From positions 1 through 36,172 of the forward strand of contig RBZT01000787.1 in assembly GCA_003693705.1 (NCBI GenBank): a stretch of 36,172 nucleotides of DNA, written 5' to 3'. The notes beneath the pieces are model-generated. The model saw only the letters and a program-made list of their open reading frames with translations, had not been told where the DNA came from and searched no databases. A program made the position numbers and the translations under genes. Below, piece by piece: positions 15,382 to 25,721 of this stretch; position 1 is the stretch's first letter; each line of letters starts with the position of its first letter. This DNA is from Polymyxa betae A26-41 (taxonomy: Eukaryota; Protista; Endomyxa: Phytomyxea).

Positions 15382-17141
15382 ATGAGCACACATGGCCGCC
15401 GCCTAAGCATTGCAGGCAGGCAGGCTGCAGCTCTGCCCATCCGCCCAGCTGATCGTCTCAGTCTCGAAGCAGGAGAGCCAGAGCCACGCTGTCGCAGCGT
15501 CCGTCCATCAGGTATTCTTTGGGTTCGGTCACAGGAGGACGTCTCAGACTCAAAAGTCGACTTTTCTCACCGGTAACGACGACTATTGTCCGTGTTTGAG
15601 TCGGGCTTTCCTCACTTTCGTTCTTCGATAGGTTCCAATTGTCACCGTCGTCTGGGGACGATGGACATGGGCAAGGCAGCGATGGCGCTGGTCCCGGCTC
15701 AAAGGACGGTCACCCATCGAAAACGGGGCGCTGTTCAGGTCAAGGCCAAGAACTCGACACATAACAAAGAGAATGAGCATTTGGTCGTCTTGAACGTCCC
15801 TCCTACCCTTTTACCTGGTCGGACGGGTATTTATCGCTGGGAGACTGGCGATCAATATGAGGGCGAATGGCTTGGGTCCAAAATGCATGGATTCGGGCGG
15901 TTTCTTTGGGCGAATGATGATATCTATGAGGGTCAATGGATCCATGGTAAAATGACCGGAAAAGGCAAGAAGATTATGGCGAATGGAGATGTCTATGATG
16001 GAGAATGGCTTGAAGACAAGGCTCACGGGTACGGCGTGAAGATATTTGCTAATGGAGATCGTCATGATGGCAATTACGTTCGAGACAAGCGAGCAGGCTA
16101 TGGCGTCTACCGATGGACGAACAATGATGTGTACAAAGGCCAATGGGTTCAAGGGAAGATGTGCGGGCATGGTGTAAAATATATGGCAAATGGAGACATC
16201 TACAAAGGCGAATGGAAGGATGATAAAGCTCATGGTCGTGGTGTGAAAAGGTTTGCATGTGGAGATCTGCATGAAGGGATGTATGCTTACGACAAAAGAG
16301 AAGGTTTCGGAACCTACACGTGGAATAACGGCGATAAGTATCAAGGTTTCTGGAAAGAAGGTCGAATGAACGGAAATGGGGTCAAGACTATGGCCAATGG
16401 AGATATCTACGATGGCGAATGGCTGAATGACAAAGCCCACGGGAAAGGCGTGAAGACATTCGCTTGCGGAGACCGTCACATGGGCGAATACCAAGACGAC
16501 AGAAGACACGGTTATGGAACCTATGAATGGGCGAATAGCGACAAATATGAAGGATGGTGGGATAAGGCTGATCAATCTGGCGATGGCACATATTATTATG
16601 CAAATGGCGACGTCTTCCAAGGAAGATGGTTAGGAGGCAAGAAGCACGGTGTTGGAATATTTACCAGCGGCGTTGGATCCATGTCGTTTCAGGAAGAATG
16701 GGAGAACGGAATTAGAAAATCTCGCGAACAGATCGCTTTCAAACCCTCAAGGCTTATGGGTACGACCAAGCAGAAAGAGGAAGAAGAAGAGAATTCTATT
16801 CTTCGTGCTGAAATCAACAGATTACGAGCTCAGCTTGAGTTGCAGCAGGTGTCAAGCACTACTGTGGCGGTTCACAATAGTTCGATGCAAATTGTAGTGT
16901 CTTCTGGATCTCAAACTCCACGAGGAAATGGCGAATCTGATCGCTGTAATATATGCTTTGAACGTGTCATTAATACTGTACTCATAAGATGTGGGCACAT
17001 GTGCGCCTGTGTTGAATGTTCTTCTCACCTTGAACGTTGCCCTGTAAGCCATCTGTTTTTTTAAGTGTCTGAAGCTGACAATTTTTCGTGCAGATTTGCA
17101 GACAGAGGATTGTCGATGTAGTTCGTACGTATCGAGTCTGA
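15382..17141 (+). CDS. MORN-repeat protein with coiled coil and C-terminal RING-HC (start uncertain: 15382 or 15661)
   Basis: 12 full 23-aa MORN repeats (Y.G.W..G.M.G.G) plus one degenerate. Coiled coil ILRAEINRLRAQLELQQ. RING CNICFERVINTVLIRCGHMCACVECSSHLERCP|ICR completed by intron 17044-17093. TGA at 17139-17141. Confidence 0.9.
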
Positions 17142-17314
17142 TTAGGACAACTGAGGTTATTTTTACTACGTTATCGCTCTCGGTCAACCCATGTGTGCTG
17201 ACAAGCCGAACATGCACGTCGAGGAGGCCTTTTTGTTCTGTCCTATGTGGACCCAACCTGTATATTTCTAATTTAACAAACAAAACCCATCAATATCGAA
17301 TCATGCTATGCTAT

Positions 17315-18827
17315 TTATTCTTTCAGCGTAGTTGAAGTCATATATGAAAGATCTGGTATATCAGGAATAGTATCGTCCGCCACTGCTTCAGTTGATGCCT
17401 GGTCCGTATGCCAAACATTGGCACCAGCTGGCGTTGGGGTAGAATTCAAGCAGAATTTTTTCTTCTGTGCTTGAAAAGGAGCTATTGGTGTTTCAACTCC
17501 ATCTATATCGGCAAAAACCATGTCACATAATGGAGAGCCGTAGAATATACATTTGGAATCGATTTCAATTGAAAGCGATCCCATTTGGGAGCCCCTAGAA
17601 GACACTTAGCCGCGCCTAAGCATACAAACGGTTACGAACACTGACTCGGCATCATGTTTTTGAATAAGGGATTCAAACGTGATTCCAGGCGAGCGAACGA
17701 AATTCTCTGATGGAATTGAAATCTCCATGGGCATGTTTTCGGGAAGGATTTCCCTCAGACACTACAAATCATCTTGTTAGATCAACCGGTATCAAAGCAA
17801 AATCGTAAAAATCACATGCTTTCGTGATTGCTTGTTGAAGCTCTGTTTCTGGTAGGTTGAAGATATTGGTTCTTGGTGCAACAGAAGGCTTGGTAAAGCC
17901 ACTCCAGTCGTCTTCATCTACCGGATTGCTTCCTTTTTGGTCGTCTGTGGTAAAATCACCCCAATCATCGTTGTTCTCTACTGGTGGCTCATCAAATGAA
18001 GCTTGGAAGACGACCGAGGTATTAGGGTCGCCGTTCGTTGCCGTGAAATCACCCCAATCATCATTATTGCTTAGATTAGACGACCTGATTTCGTCATCTG
18101 AAGGCCTTAGTTCAGATTTGGTCCCGCTATCAGTAGCAGTGAAATCGCCCCAATTGTCGTTCTTGTTGGGATCATCTGAAGTATTTGCATCAATAGAAGG
18201 CCTTATTTGATGACGATTAGGGTCCGGTGATTGTGAGGCCTCATGTAGAGACTCCCTAGAATGAGCTTGCAAAGATGCAGTATCGGCATCTCGTTGCTGC
18301 ATCGATTCGTTTGCATTTGGACTGCTTCCGTCGCTTTCAACAGCGTATGCGCCTGTGACGCTATCAGTATCTAAAACCGGCGAAGATTCGCAGGCAACAA
18401 CGGGCTCCTTAATCTCCTCTAAACCATCAGAATTCTTCGGAAGATCATTATTTTTGACATCCTCATCGGTTTCAGTGTCAGGAGAGGTGATGGCTGCTGC
18501 TGTGGCGTCGTTTTCCGGCGCTAGACTGTCTTGAACAGGTGTAGCAATCACAGGTGGTGAATGTGATTCCAATTCAACCGATAATGAGTTGGTTAGAGCA
18601 AGATCAGCACCAATCTCTTCCTTTTCATCAACAGGGACGTGTCGATCTAATTCATATCAGCGACGGAATCGACTTCGCAGCCAACTGCAGCGACCTGGCT
18701 CTGCCTCAATTTCTGGTACAGTATCATGAGGTTCCGAGGCGGCGTCCTGGCGTGCAGCATCCCCAGGCAGCTCATGGGCGGCGACGCCGAGAGAGTCGTC
18801 TTCAGGCTCAATATCAGAAGATGGCAT
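17315..18827 (-). CDS. Aftiphilin-like acidic clathrin-adaptor (AP-1 gamma-ear) accessory protein
   Basis: Acidic disordered protein with NWGDF, DDWGDF (twice) and DDWSGF motifs, typical gamma-adaptin-ear ligands. C-terminal IPDLSYM resembles the aftiphilin C-terminal LPDLS(F/Y)M motif. Exon limits are approximate. Confidence 0.65.
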
Positions 18828-19046
18828 TGAGGCGCAGCCCTCACACTTCAACCTTCCTTCACATCATCACAGAGTGCCCATCATCGCCGCCCTGTCCTGC
18901 CAGGCCAGCTAACAATGCCATTCCCAGCAGCCGACCCTCCATGGTGGAGCGCCCGCCTGCCGAGATCGTTCGTCGCTGATCAATCGGGTTGGTGTCAGCT
19001 TCCGACGCTCCGTTAACAATCTTAGAATCCAAACATCGGCAGCCCC

Positions 19047-20042
19047 ATGAGGCACGGTTTCGCCCTTGGCATATTCCTGTCGGTTGTGGCGTCCGTTTTC
19101 TGTAGTGTCGGGTTTCTGCTGCAAAAACTTTCGCACATTCGAAAAGGCGCCAGCCTGACACATAGAAGGAGATATTGCAATTTTCTATGGATCTCTGGCA
19201 TGGGCTGTTTAGCATTAGCTTCAGCGCTGGATTACGTCGCATTAGCGTTTGTCGCACAAAGCATCGTGGCGCCGCTTGGTGCTGTGACTCTGGTTTGCAA
19301 CCTGTTTCTCGGGCCAATTCTTCTTGGCGAGAAGCTCACCTCTGGGTCGGTTCAAGCTACGGCTACCATCGTTGTAGGGAATCTGATCTCGATCATGGGT
19401 TTCTCTTCGAATAATGGCCATTCTGTGATATTGTCATCAGCGATTGTATCACGACTGTCTGAACTCGATATGATCACGTATTCGATCGCATTCATCGCGT
19501 TTTTCTTGTACCTTCGACGTCGGAATACTCGATTATCGCTAACCATGGCTGCCGGAATGATCAGTGCTACATCCATGATGACAGCTCGAATGCTGTCGTT
19601 GATGACGAAAGAATCGCTGCTTAGTGGCTCTTTCCAAGACCCATTGTTTATGGTTCTCGCTGTTGCTATCATCATTTTGATACTGCTCGCGCAGCTTCGT
19701 CAGATGGATCAATGCCTTCAACGATTCGAAGCGACCTATGTCGTTCCGATTGCTCAGTCTTCAATGTGCCTTTGCTCCATTGCTCATGGAATGTTTTTCT
19801 TCAAAGAATATAGAGGTCTGAGCCCTATTCAGCTCGCTTTGTTCAGTATCGGTGTAGCTGTTACACTCCATGGCCAGATTATACTGAGCCAGGTTCGGGC
19901 TGTCGAGTCTCCTAAAGCGAACAGCAACGACATTGAATTGGAGCCTCAAACGAAATGGTTCGGAAGGTCTCCTCATGAGAAAGAGACTTCTTCTGACGAC
20001 GAAGAGGGCACGCTGCTTCAAGAAGTTAATCTCGATCTATAA
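19047..20042 (+). CDS. NIPA-like magnesium transporter (DMT superfamily), intronless
   Basis: GFLLQKLSH, LWISGM, YVALAFVAQSIVAPLGAVTLVCN..LLGEKL, LQRFEATYVVPI, GMFFFKEY; multiple TM helices. Confidence 0.88.
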   Translation: MRHGFALGIFLSVVASVFCSVGFLLQKLSHIRKGASLTHRRRYCNFLWISGMGCLALASALDYVALAFVAQSIVAPLGAVTLVCNLFLGPILLGEKLTSGSVQATATIVVGNLISIMGFSSNNGHSVILSSAIVSRLSELDMITYSIAFIAFFLYLRRRNTRLSLTMAAGMISATSMMTARMLSLMTKESLLSGSFQDPLFMVLAVAIIILILLAQLRQMDQCLQRFEATYVVPIAQSSMCLCSIAHGMFFFKEYRGLSPIQLALFSIGVAVTLHGQIILSQVRAVESPKANSNDIELEPQTKWFGRSPHEKETSSDDEEGTLLQEVNLDL

Positions 20043-20097
20043 AAAATCAATCTGAAAGGATGCCTGGCGAACACGGCTCTCTCAAAGTTGCTAAAAA

Positions 20098-20181
20098 TGC
20101 ACTCGACGGGATTTGAACCCGCGCGTTGTTTCCAACATCACCGCCTAAAGGTGACGCCTTAGACCGCTCGGCCACAAGTGC
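20098..20181 (-). tRNA. tRNA-Leu, anticodon TAG
   Basis: Minus strand GCACTTG..CGAGTGC-A acceptor stem, D arm GCCGAGCGGTCTAAGGC, anticodon arm TCACC-TTTAGGC-GGTGA, long variable arm, T arm GCGGG-TTCAAAT-CCCGT, followed by a TTTTT Pol III terminator. Confidence 0.95.
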
Positions 20182-20582
20182 TTACCATGACCATCATTTT
20201 CATTCTTTGATTCCAATCATAATGCCATTAGAACTGAAAGTTCAATACTCATAAGTGCATATTGTGATTCTTCGTAATACTGGTGCTCTAGAAGAAAAAC
20301 AGTTTATGACTAAATCAATTTCCCGAAACTTAGCTCGCTAAAGTAGTTCGTTTTCTGAACAGAATTTTTTCGAAAAGTATTTTCAATTTCGAGCCAAAGG
20401 ATAAATAGAAACTTACGCACATGCCTGAATTTCAGGATTAGGTAACGATTCGTGCTCGCACTTCCTTGCAAAATCAATCTCGTCTCTACGCACAATTTTG
20501 TAACTTAAAAGCGTCGATTGTCTTCTGCGAAGAGGCGAGCCTAAAAACATAACCGTCTGAATCCATTCGAAATTGCACTCTT

Positions 20583-23260
20583 ATGTATCGGTTTCTGACC
20601 CGGCCCAAGCGCCAGTTTGCGTCGTTATCGACATCCGCCTATAATGTCATCGACCACGAACTGGACGTGGTTGTTGTCGGCGCCGGCGGGGCGGGCCTCC
20701 GAGCAGCATTTGGTCTAGCAGAGCAGGGCTTCAATGTCGCCTGTGTCTCAAAACTGTTCCCAACCCGTTCGCATACGGTTGCGGCTCAGGGCGGCATCAA
20801 CGCTGCTTTAGGCAATATGACCAAAGACGACTGGAAATGGCATGCTTGTAGGCGACGCGCATCGCTCTGTCATTCCATCTAAACAGTTCATAGACGATAC
20901 AATTAAGGGCTCAGATTGGCTCTGTGATCAGGACGCCGTCCATTATATGTGTCGTGAGGCGCCTGCCGCCGTCTTAGAGCTGGAATCTTACGGTCTGCCG
21001 TTCTCTCGAACGGAAGACGGGAAAATCTACCAGCGAGCATTCGGTGGGCAGTCACTCGACTATGGAAACGGTGGACAGGTAGGGTTTTAGGGTTTAGGTG
21101 TCTTGTGTCTAATGTATTGGTTGATAGGCATATCGATGCGCCTGTGCTGCAGATCGCACTGGTCATGCCATGCTGCATACATTATATGGACGAGCGGTCG
21201 GCTATAAGACTCAGTTCCTGATTGAATACTTCGCCACCGATTTGCTGATGGAAAACGTTGGCTGCGTTTTGGGTGGTGGCTGCGATCTGATTCGGTGTCG
21301 AAACAGGGCGAATGTCGCGGTGTTATGGCTATCAACATGGAGGATGGGACGTTCCATCGCCTTCGGGCCCATCAAACTGTTTTAGCTACTGGTGGCTATG
21401 GCCGGGCGTACTTTAGTGTAAATCTGGTTTAACAACCCTTTAAGTTTTGCTTTCGATCACTGAATGCCTTCGATCTGTTTCTCCTTTTGTATTTCGCATA
21501 ATGTTTATTCGAATTTTCCAAGAAATTTATTCTGTTCTAAAGTTCGATAAAATGCCATACAAATAGTTGTTTAGGCAACGTCTGCTCACACTTGCACTGG
21601 TGATGGTGGTGGCATGGTCGCACGTGCTGGTCTTCCTTTACAGGATTTGGAGTTCGTTCAATTCCATCCAACGGTACTACTGGCAGTCTGTTGGGCTTTG
21701 ATACTGATAGAAGGGGCGCAGGGGATCTACGGGGCCGGCTGCCTAATCACTGAAGGCGCTCGAGGTGAAGGAGGCTATCTTCGTAATGCCGAAGGTGAAC
21801 GATTCATGGAGCGATACGCGCCGTCCGCCAAAGATCTCGCCTCGCGCGATGTTGTCTCTCGGTGCGGGTTCGAATCTGGAAATCGTCCGCCGCCCTGAGA
21901 CCGTGTTTGCTGTCAGAGCTATGACGATGGAGATCCGGGAAGGTCGTGGTGCTGGTCCGCTGAAAGACCACATTTACCTGCATCTGGATCACCTGCCTCC
22001 CGCGACCTTGGCTGAACGCCTTCCGGGCATTTCTGAGACGGCCGCCATCTTTGCGGGCGTTGATGTCACCAAGGAGCCGATTCCGGTACGAACACATTGT
22101 TTCGGTTTGACATCGGTTATTGTTTTTGCGAGTGCAAAACTTATTCGTTTTATGTTTTCGAATAATTTGTGATTGTTTCTGAGCGAGATCTGTAGGTGCT
22201 GCCAACCGTTCATTACAACATGGGCGGGATTCCGACCAATCATCACGGACAGGTCGTGATGAAAACCGAATCGAATCCGGATACGATCGTTCCCGGATTA
22301 TACGCTGCCGGAGAAGCTGCTTGTGCCTCCGTCCACGGCGCTAATCGGTTTGTTGATAATTCCAGCGATTTGTTTACTTCATTATATTTCTGGTTTCTTG
22401 GCTCACTTCCAGCTTCTTGCTCCTTCGATTATGTTCATGCTGTTAAATTGAGATTTACAGACTCGGTGCCAACTCGCTGCTGGATCTGGTCGTATTCGGC
22501 CGCGCCGTTGCCAACCATATTGGAAAGACGATGAAACCCGGCCAATCTCTGGTATTCACCCGTCCTTATATCATCGCATTCCATGTTTTAATTCGCACTT
22601 ACAAAGCCATCCCTACCATCATCCGCTGGAGAGGAATCCGTCGCCTTCTACGACTCCATTCGGAACGCAGATGGCGATATGTCGGCCGCCGAAATCCGAT
22701 TGAACATGCAGGCATAATCGGCTTTTTCTTTCTATTTTATCGTTTAACATTCTCTGCAGCGAGTGATGCAGGACCACGCCGCAGTTTACAGGACGTCAGA
22801 TTCGTTGAAGGAAGGCTGCGAGAAAATGGATCAAGTGTTCAAACAACTAAAACATCTTCGTGTGAGGGATCGCTCTAAGATCTGGAACACGGACGCTATC
22901 GAAGCGTTCGAACTGTACAACCTGATGACGCAAGCGAAACAGACGATGGCCAGCGCCGAAAATCGGAAAGAGAGTCGAGGTTGGGATGATTTAGGGTTTT
23001 AGGGTTTACATAAGCCCTGAGTGATTGACAGGAGCACACGCGCATGAGGACTACCCGAAGCGAGACGACAAAAGCTGGATGAAGCACACATTGTCGTACT
23101 TGGACTCGGAAACAGGAAAGGTCGTTGTTTTTTATTGTTTTCTGAAAGACTGATGTCCTGATATCTAACGCAGGTGACGTTGGATTATCGTCCGGTGCAT
23201 CTGAACACGCTGGACGACAAAGAGTTCCAGACGATTCCGCCGAAGGCGCGCGTCTACTAA
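20583..23260 (+). CDS. SDHA: Succinate dehydrogenase flavoprotein subunit, mitochondrial, multi-exon
   Basis: Presequence-like [17 protein letters not shown]; [25 protein letters not shown] (FAD His), EFVQFHPT|[29 protein letters not shown]|[14 protein letters not shown]|AH; ends PPKARVY TAA at 23260. Confidence 0.98.
21080..21098 (+). repeat. Telomere-like repeat in SDHA intron 21079-21127
   Basis: tagggttttagggtttagg starting at the GT donor. Confidence 0.8.
22990..23008 (+). repeat. Telomere-like repeat in SDHA intron 22980-23031
   Basis: tttagggttttagggttta. Confidence 0.8.
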
Positions 23261-23559
23261 ATAAACACAATATGCCGGATGCATTGTATAACCCACTCGC
23301 TTCACAGCCCCGGCATTCAGAGCAGGTCACGACTGCATTGGCGACGAGCCAGCTCGACACCTTCCGATACGATAGGCAGATTGGAGGGACCTTCATCTCA
23401 TCGTCGCTGAAAAGCTCAATCTGTTGGTTGCCTAAATGAATGATGTGGACTTCGGAAGGCGTTTCAGCAGCTGTCCCCGGAATGAGACCAGCGACCCGCC
23501 GAGAATATCGCGATCACCGATCAAGGCCAGAAAGCACCGTCATCACTCATACAATCATC

Positions 23560-24130
23560 ATGGTTCCGGTTATCACGACTCTAACTCTGTTCACATCAGC
23601 CGCCGCCACCAGCGACGCCGGCGCCTGGCCGTCGGACGCAGCCTGTCGATCCCCCAACGTCATGCTATCTTATTAAACGGCCAACTCGGTATGTTGTGAC
23701 CTTGCTTGCCTATGCCGTACTGTCTCAGTCCGTTTCTGCAGAGCAAACGACGTTCTTATGTGCGACGCTACATGCGAAGAACGAGCTGGGTTGTCGTCGG
23801 AGACGATTCGAGCGTTTACCTCTGCGAGGAGGCGATGACGTTAAGAACCTGTCGAAGCGACCTGTTGTTTGGGTCACGCTGCCAAATGGATCGAGAAGAA
23901 AGCGTGCAAGCTCGATGCTGAGCACTACTTGGCGAAAGTGATGTCGGAGCTGTCCATGCATGCTGATGGTGGTGTTATGGATAAAGGTATTGATAGATGC
24001 ATCTGCTATACGGTGTGATACTGATCGTCGAGCTATGTCTGACTGCATGCAAGGAGTGGCTTCAACCCGCATCTATCGAATCCATCATTGAAGTAATACA
24101 TTCAGACGGGTCATGGGCTCTAACGATCTG
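23560..24130 (+). pseudogene. Decayed, inverted paralog of the adjacent secreted protein
   Basis: Fragments LSSETIRAFTSA, TCCLGHAAKWIEKKACKLDAEHY and CLTACKEWLQPASIESII align by eye, in order, with MVAETARPFVAA, KHCAEHLQAWIDSRTCTLEAERY and CLVECVQLRPATLEPIM. Stops at 23674, 23836 and 23842. Confidence 0.55.
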
Positions 24131-24239
24131 GTTTCGAACTCGGTTTGATGAAATGAACCCAACATGCTTGTTCAAAATTATTGCCGATTTATAACAGAAT
24201 CGGATTGCCTCGTTTCACTAACTGTTCTGTATATTATCC

Positions 24240-25721
24240 CTAACATGCTGGAGATGCTTGGCGCGAAGGGTTCGGGCTCGGTTCATCGATTTCGGATTGG
24301 GCATCTGAGCATGGAAGAGGCTGTACGCCTAGATCGATGTCTGGACAGATTTCACGTACAGACGCCATGAGTCTTGCATAATCGAACATTATCGGCTCCA
24401 ACGTTGCAGGTCGGAGTTGGACACACTCCACCAGACACGACACAAAACTGGGTATGCGGCGGGACGCGGGCGGGTACGGCACCCGATCCGTCGGGACCGG
24501 CTGGCCGCCCGACAGCAGATCCGATGCCGTCCGCAGCATGAGCCGCGCGTAGCGTTCGGCTTCGAGCGTGCAGGTCCGCGAATCGATCCACGCCTGCAGA
24601 TGCTCGGCGCAGTGCTTGACGCAGGGCTGCAGTTCGCGCTCCAGTACGGCGGCGACGAACGGACGCGCCGTCTCGGCGACCATGGGCAGATGCTTGACCA
24701 GGACGTGACGCATCGTCGCATACCAAGCGATAAGACGGGGGAATACGCTGCATTCAACCGCATTGATCAGGAGCTTCTGTTGGAGGCGCCGGGCCTCTTC
24801 AGGATAGCGGCAGCGGAGAAGGCGCAGGAGCGCCTCGGAGTGCTGGCGAACGTTGTCGTTGCGTGCGATGAATTTGCTGGCCTGCTGGATCTGAACAATG
24901 GGCAGAATGGTCGATGGGTACGTAAAGTCCGTTGATAGAGGCGTGGGTCGTGCTGGCTCCCCGATCGAATGTAACATCATGGTCATAGTCTGGCACATTT
25001 TCGGGTCGTACAGTATGCGTTGCTGATAGTGCGTCAGTAACATGATGACGGACGCCATCAACACCGCCGAGTCCGTGGTCATCACCGACGATTTGGTGGG
25101 ATCTGAAACGCGACAATCAGCGAAACCCTAAAACCCTAAAAACCTTCAACACTGACCAGACCGATACGGCTGCATCTTCTTCAGGCCCTGGACGATCTCG
25201 TTCAGCAGACGATTGGCGGTCTGCATCGAATCGCGATCGTTACGGAACACGGCCGGATACGCCGCTCGACAGGCGTCAATCAACATCTTCACGAACTCGT
25301 TGCTGGTCGAGTACGACGACAGCAGCCGGGCCATATTCAAGAACGACGTCTTCAGGTCCGCATCGAAATCGGCGTTCTCGGGCTTGCCCGAATCAAACAT
25401 CATGAAGAGCTGACTGCGGAATAACGTGACCATGGACAGATCGGCGTTCAAGTCCGCGACCGTCTCCAGCAGAGCGTCGTTACCATCACCATCGGACTCG
25501 AGTAAGCTGCGAGCGGAGAACACCACGCTCCAGAACCCGAACGGATTAAGATGGAGTTGACGAAGACATTGCACGATCGGGGCTTCCGGGACGACCGGAG
25601 CAGGCTTCGGCTTGTTTAACGATGTCGAAGATGAGGCTGTGGGGCCTGGTTGGGGCCATGGGCTCGTTGATGATGCCGGCAGAGCAGCCAGGCAGATCAG
25701 GGCGGAAATCAGAAACAGCAT
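24240..25721 (-). CDS. Orphan secreted alpha-helical protein (about 475 aa), candidate effector; 2 exons (25721-25157, 25102-24240)
   Basis: Signal peptide MLFLISALICLAALPASS, Pro/Ser linker, GC-rich codons. A GT-AG intron at 25103-25156 joins the two long ORFs in frame. Confidence 0.8.
25123..25145 (-). repeat. Telomere-like repeat in intron 25103-25156
   Basis: Plus strand aaaccctaaaaccctaaaaacct, i.e. TTTTAGGG repeats on the transcribed (minus) strand. Confidence 0.8.

Noticed and set aside
15811-16620. 269-aa minus-strand ORF
   Set aside because: Antisense shadow of the MORN repeats.
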